NCBI RefSeq assembly: GCF_003121925.1 | Contig: NZ_QEWR01000008.1 | Coordinates: forward strand, 28,152-52,151 | Direction of reading: 5' to 3' | DNA from: Ignatzschineria indica | GTDB taxonomy: Bacteria; Pseudomonadota; Gammaproteobacteria; Cardiobacteriales; Wohlfahrtiimonadaceae | DNA: 24,000 bases | Shown here: positions 8,781 to 15,484 of the stretch, one piece after another | Numbering within the stretch: position 1 is the first letter of the stretch | Layout of the letters: the number at the start of each line of letters is the position of its first letter | Notes under the pieces: generated by a model | What the model was told of the DNA's origin: nothing | The model's input: only the letters and a program-made list of their open reading frames with translations | Database searches by the model: none | Program-made: the position numbers and the translations under genes

Positions 8781-8824
8781 TTAAGATCGATTGTAAATCA
8801 TCGATAACATATTTAAACAGATAT

Positions 8825-8850
8825 AAAAAAACCTCCCAATTTTGGGAGGT
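8825..8850 (-). terminator. Rho-independent terminator of tRNA-Lys copy 1
   Basis: Stem acctccca (8831-8838) / tgggaggt (8843-8850). The A-run at 8825-8830 reads as a U-tract on the minus strand. Confidence 0.75.
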
Positions 8851-8859
8851 TTTAATAGA

Positions 8860-8934
8860 TGGTGGGTCATGAGGGATTCGAACCTTCGACCAATTGGTTA
8901 AAAGCCAACTGCTCTACCACTGAGCTAATGACCC
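8860..8934 (-). tRNA. lysT: tRNA-Lys (anticodon UUU), copy 1
   Basis: The reverse complement GGGTCATTAGCTCAGTGGTAGAGCAGTTGGCTTTTAACCAATTGGTCGAAGGTTCGAATCCCTCATGACCCACCA has loop CTTTTAA and is close to E. coli tRNA-Lys. CCA is encoded. Confidence 0.93.
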
Positions 8935-8947
8935 TAAATCGAAAATA

Positions 8948-8975
8948 ATTATAACCGATTTAGTAGACTTGTCAA
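8948..8975 (-). promoter_or_regulatory. Near-consensus sigma70 promoter for tRNA-Lys copy 1
   Basis: Minus strand reads TTGACA (8970-8975), a 16-bp spacer, then TATAAT (8948-8953). Confidence 0.65.
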
Positions 8976-9021
8976 CTTATCAGATCTGATAAACACTACA
9001 AGCACTCTCTTCAGGTAAATT

Positions 9022-9096
9022 TGGTGGGTCATGAGGGATTCGAACCTTCGACCAATTGGTTAAAAGCCAACTGCTCTACCACTGAGCTAATGACCC
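9022..9096 (-). tRNA. lysT: tRNA-Lys (anticodon UUU), copy 2, identical to copy 1
   Basis: Same 75-nt sequence as 8860-8934. Confidence 0.93.
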
Positions 9097-9110
9097 TGAG
9101 AAGAGTTAGT

Positions 9111-9138
9111 ATTATAAAGCTATTTTTATTAGCGTCAA
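9111..9138 (-). promoter_or_regulatory. Near-consensus sigma70 promoter for tRNA-Lys copy 2
   Basis: Minus strand reads TTGACG (9133-9138), a 16-bp spacer, then TATAAT (9111-9116). Confidence 0.6.
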
Positions 9139-9442
9139 CCCCTCTTATCGATTTTTTTTTACTTTTTTCCCCTATCCCGATAAATTCCCCTATAAATCTC
9201 TCTAAAAAGTATCGATAACTCAAGGCTTATCTCTCGATCCACCCCTTCACTCCCCATCTTAAAATCTTTGAAACTCAAAAAGCTGCTGATCTTTTGAGCA
9301 ATACCATCTTAAAAGATCAAACAGTAAAAGGTTCTATAAAAGAGCTTAGACATCTTTTTTATTCTCCACTATCATCATACGATCGTATAGCGCTCTTGAG
9401 GCCTATCATCCTCTTATTTTTATTCATCAAAGGACAATCAAC

Positions 9443-10660
9443 GTGAAAAGTCGTCTATTTGGCAGCACTCTTATTATTGCTGGAACAGCAGTAGGTGCGG
9501 GAATGTTAGCCATGCCCTTAACTTCAGCACAGATGGGATTCGGCATGACCTTTATTCTGCTCTTCTCATTATGGATCCTCCTCACCTTTACCGCACTTCT
9601 CTACGCTGAAGTTCATCAATACAGCCCTATTGATGCCGGCATTGCAACGATCACAGAACAATATTTTGGAATAACAGGCCGCCTTGTCGTTAACTTTATT
9701 CTTCTCTTCTTTATGTATGCCGTCCTGACGGCTTACATTACAGGAAGCGGTAATCTTCTCTTTAACTTAATTCCTAAATCCTTCAATCTAGATCCCGTTA
9801 AAGCCCAAAAGATAGCGGCTCTACTCTTTGCCATTCTCTTTGGTACGATTATTACGATCGGTATCGCACTCTCCGATATGACTAATCGTCTCTTCTTTAC
9901 CTTGAAGGTGATTAGCTTTATTGTCCTACTCTATCTTCTGTTTGGGAAGTTCTCCTTTAGTAACTTGCATTATGCTCCCACCAACAATCTTTTAGTGATC
10001 TCAGCACTTCCCATCTTCTTTATGACCTTTGGTTTTCATATCTGTACACCTACAATTAATGAATATCTACAGGGAGATCATCAAAAACTTAAATTAGCCG
10101 CCATTTTAGGGTCAACAGGTATCTTTCTTATCTATATTATTTGGCAGATGGCCACTCATGGCGTTCTCAAACAGGGAGATCTTATCGCAATACTCAACAA
10201 AGATCCAAGCCTCAACGGCTTAATTACAGCCTTTGAAATCACCACAGGCAGTAAAACAATTAGTGAAATTGTTCGTGTATTTTCAGTTCTAGCGCTGACA
10301 ACGTCATATATTGGCGTCTCACTAGGGCTCTCTAATGCAGTAAAAGATCTTCTCGCCCACTTCAACCTTAGCAAAAGTAATCTAATGGTCGGAGCAATTA
10401 CCTTTATTCCCCCGATTATTGTTGGGTTTACCTACCCCACTATCTTCTTAAGTGCATTTGCTTTTGCCGGCGTTATCTTTGCCTTTATCGGCGTCATCTT
10501 ACCCGTTCTTTTAGTCTATAAAGCACGAAAAAAATACCCTGATGGGAAACGAGTAAGAGGCGGAAATCTCTCATTAATTCTCGCCCTACTCTTCGCTGCG
10601 GTCATTATTTTTGTAGGCAGTTTTCCTGAACTTCTCAATCTGCCAAGCGTGGTGGGTTAA
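9443..10660 (+). CDS. tyrP: Aromatic amino-acid (tyrosine/tryptophan) permease, HAAAP family (TyrP/Mtr/TnaB-like)
   Basis: GTG start. N-terminus MKSRLFGSTLIIAGTAVGAGMLAMPL and the later GAITFIPP...YP and KRVRGG blocks are collinear with E. coli TyrP (403 aa). Polytopic membrane protein. Substrate assignment within the family is uncertain. Confidence 0.75.
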   Translation: MKSRLFGSTLIIAGTAVGAGMLAMPLTSAQMGFGMTFILLFSLWILLTFTALLYAEVHQYSPIDAGIATITEQYFGITGRLVVNFILLFFMYAVLTAYITGSGNLLFNLIPKSFNLDPVKAQKIAALLFAILFGTIITIGIALSDMTNRLFFTLKVISFIVLLYLLFGKFSFSNLHYAPTNNLLVISALPIFFMTFGFHICTPTINEYLQGDHQKLKLAAILGSTGIFLIYIIWQMATHGVLKQGDLIAILNKDPSLNGLITAFEITTGSKTISEIVRVFSVLALTTSYIGVSLGLSNAVKDLLAHFNLSKSNLMVGAITFIPPIIVGFTYPTIFLSAFAFAGVIFAFIGVILPVLLVYKARKKYPDGKRVRGGNLSLILALLFAAVIIFVGSFPELLNLPSVVG

Positions 10661-10795
10661 TCTGTTATAAACGTCTATAGAAGTGTGTATTTTCAAAAAG
10701 AAAAACAAAAACTCAATAACAATAACAATCCTAAGATATTAAGATAATTAATAGGATAGTGACACAGCAAAACAGTAGAAATAACAGATAAATAA

Positions 10796-10831
10796 AAAGA
10801 GTTATCGCTCTCTTGGCGGTAACTCTTTTTT
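10796..10831 (+). terminator. Rho-independent terminator of the permease gene
   Basis: 13-bp stem aaagagttatcgc (10796-10808) / gcggtaactcttt (10816-10828) with one G-U pair and a 7-nt loop, followed by a T-run. The A-run on the left makes it potentially bidirectional. Confidence 0.7.
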
Positions 10832-10942
10832 ATCATGTTTATGAAGAGGTTTAAGGGGTAGATCGATATAGTGAATCAAAACAATGTTTCAGTACTCTCT
10901 TTTTTCTTTTCTCTTTTTCTTTTCTCTTTTAAAGTAGAGCTC

Positions 10943-11656
10943 TTACTGAATATCTAAATTCACCATCTCTCTTAATGTATCGATATCTAATAATTTAATC
11001 TGACGATGGTTAACCTCAATCAGATTTTGATCTTGGAGCTTTTTAAGGAGACGACTTACAGTCTCAACAGCTAAACCGAGATAACTCCCGATATCCGCTC
11101 GGGACATACTTAACGAAAACTCAGTCTCAGAGTAACCACGACGCTTCAATCGTGCGGAAAGACTTAAAAAGAGCGCGATTAATCGTGATTTAGCAGGTTG
11201 AGAACCGATCATTGTCATCATCTGTCCATCACACTTAATCTCATGACTCATTATCTTCAACAGTTGTCTCGAAATATTAGGGATTGTGACAGCAATAGTA
11301 TCTAATTGACTATAGGGAATTTCACAAAGACTGGTTGTCTCTAATGTCTTTGCACCACAAGCATGTACTCCTGAACTTAAAGCATCTAAACCGATAATCT
11401 CTCCGGGAAGATAGAAGCTAGTTACATACTCAGAACCATCATTTGCCACCTTATAGGTCTTAACAGCTCCTGAACGGACTGCATAGAGAGAGGTAAATTG
11501 ATCTCCTGGATAATAGATATGCTTACCGCGTGATAACGGTTTTCCTCTCTGTACAATCTTCTCAAGCTTTACAAACTCGCTATTTTCAAGCCCTACAGGA
11601 AGACAGAGCTGCTGTAAACTACAGTTCCCACATGCAACTTTAATCTTTTTTAGCAT
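10943..11656 (-). CDS. fnr: Oxygen-sensing transcription regulator FNR/ANR (CRP-FNR family)
   Basis: N-terminal Cys cluster C9-x2-C12-x5-C18 plus SLCEIP (equivalent to E. coli C20, C23, C29, C122). It also has a cNMP-like barrel and an HTH with VETVSRLL (the E--SR recognition motif). Confidence 0.85.
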   Translation of the reverse strand: MLKKIKVACGNCSLQQLCLPVGLENSEFVKLEKIVQRGKPLSRGKHIYYPGDQFTSLYAVRSGAVKTYKVANDGSEYVTSFYLPGEIIGLDALSSGVHACGAKTLETTSLCEIPYSQLDTIAVTIPNISRQLLKIMSHEIKCDGQMMTMIGSQPAKSRLIALFLSLSARLKRRGYSETEFSLSMSRADIGSYLGLAVETVSRLLKKLQDQNLIEVNHRQIKLLDIDTLREMVNLDIQ

Positions 11657-11852
11657 CCCTTTTACCTCAAACCAACTAATGTTAATACCCTTTTTACGCC
11701 AAACTTAAGCTAGCAATAAAAAGGGCTCTTAAAAATTAAAACTCAATTATAGACCTATTATAAACACCATGAGTATAAATTATCTGATTACACCCAATCG
11801 CTCAACATGCCCTACTGCGACCTATAATCACGACTCTCTAAAATTGAGGGAA

Positions 11853-11880
11853 ATTATAGAGAATATTAATCTCATTGCAA
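11853..11880 (-). promoter_or_regulatory. Candidate sigma70 promoter for fnr
   Basis: Minus strand reads TTGCAA (11875-11880), a 16-bp spacer, then TATAAT (11853-11858), about 190 nt upstream of the fnr ATG. No experimental support. Confidence 0.4.
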
Positions 11881-11932
11881 TTTTAATAATGAAAAAAGTA
11901 ATAAAAAAGACAATAAGAGACAAATATAATGA

Positions 11933-11946
11933 TTGATAATAATCAA
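11933..11946. promoter_or_regulatory. Perfect FNR box TTGAT-AATA-ATCAA
   Basis: Exact match to the TTGAT-N4-ATCAA consensus, read directly. Lies in the 563-bp spacer upstream of fnr. Confidence 0.6.
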
Positions 11947-12219
11947 ACTATAATAGGTCGATATATCTCTCCCCCCTCTATTTACCTAACTCCTTTACTC
12001 CCCTCTCTTTTCAATACTGGCATCCCTTCAATAGAACCTCTTAAAAAATAATTATTAAGATATGCTTAAATATATTAAATTCTACAAATGGATATATTAT
12101 ATAGTTGCTGATTGCTAATAAGGTTTCTAATAAGGCTATTAAGCGCAACAAGATCTATTTATCGTAGATATATCCTATGAATATATATCCTCTTAAACTA
12201 TCTCACGGTAAAGCTTCAC

Positions 12220-12576
12220 TTAAAAGGTCGTATCAGAGAGATTTAATAAAATAACTCCTAGTACCACTAGCGTTAAACTTATGACTTTTTGAATACTTAA
12301 ATGCTCTTTAAAGAAGACTGCACCAGAGAGTGTCATCAACACTGTCGACAGACCTGCCCAAACGGCATAACCGATACTCATATCGATCCGCTGCATAACA
12401 AGCGTAATAATGAAGAGGAAGAGAGAGTAACCAACAATAACGCCAAGCAGTACAATCTTTGGCGATCCTCCCCCTAAAAACTTTAAACTCGTTGTGGCAA
12501 AAGCACTACAAAAAATTGCAAAAACAAGTAATACCCACGCATTAATGGTACCTAAAAAATTTAAAATTTCACCCAT
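12220..12576 (-). CDS. SMR-family small multidrug/cation transporter subunit B (distal gene of the pair); Ser at the Glu14-equivalent position
   Basis: 118 aa, four predicted TM segments. AIFCSAFATTSLKF aligns to EmrE AILAEVIGTTLMKF, and SIGYAVWAG to GIAYAIWSG. The ATG overlaps the upstream gene by 8 nt (ATGGGTGA). Confidence 0.75.
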   Translation of the reverse strand: MGEILNFLGTINAWVLLVFAIFCSAFATTSLKFLGGGSPKIVLLGVIVGYSLFLFIITLVMQRIDMSIGYAVWAGLSTVLMTLSGAVFFKEHLSIQKVISLTLVVLGVILLNLSDTTF

Positions 12577-12910
12577 GCTTCACCTTTTTAGGTTGGGGTT
12601 CAAGGGAGAGCCCCGCAACACCTAAACCGATTAAAACAAACGCTACAATTTTCATCCCTGATAGATGCGCATCAAAAAATAGAATATCAATTACAGAGAT
12701 TGCAACCATTCCTATGGCTGTCCATAGGGCATAGGCAATCGATATCTGTATCCGTGCAATACAGGCGACAAAGGCCATAAACCCTAAACCATAAAAAAAC
12801 AACATAAGTAGAGAGGGCAATATCTCATTAAATCCATCTGATAGTTTCATGCAGACTGTTCCTAAAACCTCAAAACAGATCGCAATGCCCATTAAAAATC
12901 CTGCTGGCAT
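12569..12910 (-). CDS. SMR-family small multidrug/cation transporter subunit A (proximal gene of the pair)
   Basis: 113 aa. IAICFEVLGTVCMKLSDGF (Glu14 present) and SIAYALWTAIG are collinear with EmrE. Translationally coupled to the downstream SMR gene. Confidence 0.8.
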   Translation of the reverse strand: MPAGFLMGIAICFEVLGTVCMKLSDGFNEILPSLLMLFFYGLGFMAFVACIARIQISIAYALWTAIGMVAISVIDILFFDAHLSGMKIVAFVLIGLGVAGLSLEPQPKKVKHG

Positions 12911-13191
12911 AATTCCCTTTCTATTGAATAGTCATTCAAAATATGAGAATCATTCTACACACTTTTTCCATACTCTTCTGCTCTAATTGAGCATTATCCC
13001 TCTATTAATTAACCATAATCGTGATTTTTATCGCTAAAAATAGTTCCTCTTCATCAAAAATAGAGTCCGATTCCTCAATGATCATACTCAATACCCCACA
13101 CTCAATGACTTATAAATAACTCATTATGATTAGCTCCTAAAAGTCGTGCTCTACGAATCATGGAATCATGATATAAACTAAAGACTAAAGA

Positions 13192-13219
13192 TAGAGAATA
13201 GAGAATAGAGAATAGAGAG
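13192..13219. repeat. 7-bp tandem repeat tagagaa x4
   Basis: Read directly: tagagaa tagagaa tagagaa tagagag. Lies 30-57 bp upstream of the metY -35. Confidence 0.8.
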
Positions 13220-13248
13220 AGGTTTTATAAATTATTTCATAAAACCTA

Positions 13249-13276
13249 TTGCTTTTATGAAAAGTTCATCTATAAT
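13249..13276 (+). promoter_or_regulatory. Sigma70 promoter of metY (tRNA-fMet) / nusA-infB operon
   Basis: TTGCTT (13249-13254), a 16-bp spacer, then TATAAT (13271-13276). The -10 ends 14 nt before the tRNA 5' end. Confidence 0.6.
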
Positions 13277-13290
13277 AGTCTCTTCATTGA

Positions 13291-13367
<77 letters not shown>

Positions 13368-13376
13368 AATAATAAT

Positions 13377-13404
13377 AAAAGCCCGTTTTTAAACGGGCTT
13401 TTTG
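13377..13404 (+). terminator. Hairpin plus U-tract after metY (probably a partial terminator or processing site, as in E. coli)
   Basis: Stem gcccgttt (13381-13388) / aaacgggc (13391-13398), followed by TTTTT. Confidence 0.65.
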
Positions 13405-13437
13405 CATATTTAAATTTTTTTATGGAAATCACTCTAT

Positions 13438-13914
13438 ATGCGTAAAGATCCTTATAACCTGTCAGAACTCTTATCTCCTTCTATAGAGGCGTTAGGGTAT
13501 CAACTATGGGGAATTGAATTTCACCCAAATTCAAAGAATGCTATTTTGCGCATCTATATCGACAAAGAAGATGGCATTGGCATTGAAGATTGTGAGATTG
13601 TGAGCAATCAAGTCGCTGGACTTTTAGATGTCCACGATCCCATTACGATGGCTTACACCTTAGAAGTCTCCTCCCCCGGCTTAGATCGTTATTTCTTTAC
13701 GCCGGAACAATTTGCAGCTTATAAAGATCAATTGATTGCATTCCAACTACGTTCAGCTATCGATAACCGTCGTCGCTTTCAAGGAAAGGTTGTGGATGTA
13801 ACAGAGAGTGACTTAAGCGTCGTCGTCAAATTAGAGAATGATCAGTTCTCCGATGAACCGATATCAGTTCCTTTATCCAACATTGACCGAGCACAACTTG
13901 TGATCGATTTTTAA
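13438..13914 (+). CDS. rimP: Ribosome maturation factor RimP
   Basis: 158 aa. It has the LEVSSPGLDR motif and sits between metY and nusA. Confidence 0.85.
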   Translation: MRKDPYNLSELLSPSIEALGYQLWGIEFHPNSKNAILRIYIDKEDGIGIEDCEIVSNQVAGLLDVHDPITMAYTLEVSSPGLDRYFFTPEQFAAYKDQLIAFQLRSAIDNRRRFQGKVVDVTESDLSVVVKLENDQFSDEPISVPLSNIDRAQLVIDF

Positions 13915-13934
13915 ATTTTAAAGAGAGTTCTCAA

Positions 13935-15428
13935 ATGAATAATAAAGAAATCATGCTCGTTGCAGAAACCGTCTCTAATGAAAAAGGCATCTCTCGTGAT
14001 GAGATTTTTACAGCATTAGAGCATGCCCTTGCAGCAGCTGCACGCAGAACTTACAACATTGATGTCGATCTTCGTATCGAAATTGATAGAACCGATGGTT
14101 CATACCGTACATTCCGTCGTTGGATGGTTGTTGATGATCACTTGCCACAAGAAGAACAAGTGCCGACTCGTCAAATCACACTCTCCGCTGCTCAAATTGA
14201 TGATCCTGAAATTGCAATTGGTGACTTTATCGAAGAGGAGATTGAGAATATCCCCTTTGCTCGCATCGGCGCACAAACAGCAAAACAGATTATTTTTCAA
14301 AAAATTCGTGAAGCGGAAAGAATGCAGATGGCTCGTCGCTATGAAAACCGTATTGGTGAGTTAATTCGTGGCACCATCAAACGCATTGATCACGGTAACT
14401 TCTATGTTGATATTGGCGATAATGATGAAGCATTCTTACCAAAAGAGAATATGATTCCTAGAGAGTCACTCCGTATTGGTAATCAAGTTCGTGCTGTCTT
14501 AGAAGAGATCAGCATGGATAATCCAAGAGGACCACAAATTATTCTCTCAAGAAGAAGTGATGATCTTATTAAAGCACTCTTTGAGATTGAAGTTCCTGAA
14601 ATCAATCAAGGCTCGATTGAAATTATCGATGCTAGCCGTGATCCTGGAAGTCGTGCTAAAATTGCAGTTAAAACCCACGATCAAAGAATTGACCCAGTTG
14701 GCGCATGTGTCGGTATGAGAGGCTCTCGTGTACAAAATATCACAAAAGAGTTAGCTGGCGAGCGCGTTGATATCGTTCTTTGGGATGAAAATCCTGTGCA
14801 ATTTGTTATTAATGCGATGTCTCCTGCTGAAGTGATGTCTGTCGTGGTTGATGAAGATCGTCATATGATGGATATTGCTGTGAGCCAAGACAAGCTATCT
14901 CAAGCGATTGGTCGTGGTGGACAAAACGTTCGTTTAGCTTCAAAACTAACTGGTTGGGAGCTCAATGTGATGGGTAATGAAGAAGCCCAACAAAAATATG
15001 AGAAAGAGTCTGAACGTATCTTAGATCTCTTTATGGATGCACTTAATGTAGATGAAGAAGTTGCTGAAATCTTAATGCGTGAAGGCTTCTCCACTATTGA
15101 AGAAGTGGCTTATGTCCCTGTACTAGAGATGATTGAGATTGAAGAGTTTGATGAAGAGATTGTCGAAGCACTTCGTGATGCTGCCCTTGAAGCTCTCAAC
15201 AATAAGAAAGAACTTCTTCAAAACTTAGGGGAATCAGCACCAACCCCAGAGCTCATTGCCGTACTTGAAGATAATGAGTTACTTGCAATCGCGCTTGCAA
15301 AAAATGGTATCCGTACGCTCGATGACTTAGCTGAACTATCAACAGATGAGTTATGTGAATTAACCAGTATCGATGAGGACGATGCAAGCAAATATATTAT
15401 GGCAGCAAGACAGAGTTGGTTTGAATAA
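13935..15428 (+). CDS. nusA: Transcription termination/antitermination factor NusA
   Basis: 497 aa. S1 and KH domains (DPVGACVGMRGSRVQ, GRGGQNVRLAS) and C-terminal acidic repeats. Confidence 0.95.
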   Translation: MNNKEIMLVAETVSNEKGISRDEIFTALEHALAAAARRTYNIDVDLRIEIDRTDGSYRTFRRWMVVDDHLPQEEQVPTRQITLSAAQIDDPEIAIGDFIEEEIENIPFARIGAQTAKQIIFQKIREAERMQMARRYENRIGELIRGTIKRIDHGNFYVDIGDNDEAFLPKENMIPRESLRIGNQVRAVLEEISMDNPRGPQIILSRRSDDLIKALFEIEVPEINQGSIEIIDASRDPGSRAKIAVKTHDQRIDPVGACVGMRGSRVQNITKELAGERVDIVLWDENPVQFVINAMSPAEVMSVVVDEDRHMMDIAVSQDKLSQAIGRGGQNVRLASKLTGWELNVMGNEEAQQKYEKESERILDLFMDALNVDEEVAEILMREGFSTIEEVAYVPVLEMIEIEEFDEEIVEALRDAALEALNNKKELLQNLGESAPTPELIAVLEDNELLAIALAKNGIRTLDDLAELSTDELCELTSIDEDDASKYIMAARQSWFE

Positions 15429-15484
15429 TATGAATAGTTAAACATTTTAAAATAGACATAGAGTGTCTACTTGGAAGATTGAGA

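Noticed and set aside
8792-8809. TyrR-box-like TGTAAA-tcatcg-ATAACA
   Set aside because: Only the left half matches the TGTAAA-N6-TTTACA consensus. It is separated from the permease gene by two tRNA genes.
9021-9223. 65-aa (+) and 64-aa (-) ORFs from the track
   Set aside because: Both overlap tRNA-Lys copy 2 and its promoter. Their composition is low-complexity and AT-rich, and they have no RBS.
11769-11936. 55-aa plus-strand ORF (MSINYLITPN...) ending inside the FNR box
   Set aside because: It has no Shine-Dalgarno, its Ile/Asn/Lys-rich composition mirrors AT-rich non-coding DNA, and it has no recognisable motif.
13110-13124. Four-codon mini-ORF ATG AGT TAT TTA TAA (MSYL) preceded by TAGGAG, on the minus strand upstream of the SMR operon
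   Set aside because: The RBS spacing is good. However, the peptide is tiny, it lies about 200 nt from the operon, and I see no alternative-hairpin attenuator around it. It is probably chance in AT-rich DNA.
12911-13290. Riboswitch (guanidine-I/II/III or other) in the long leader of the SMR operon
   Set aside because: I looked for ykkC-type conserved blocks, paired ACGR-loop hairpins (mini-ykkC) and the guanidine-III core on the minus strand and found none. An Infernal/Rfam scan would be the decisive test.
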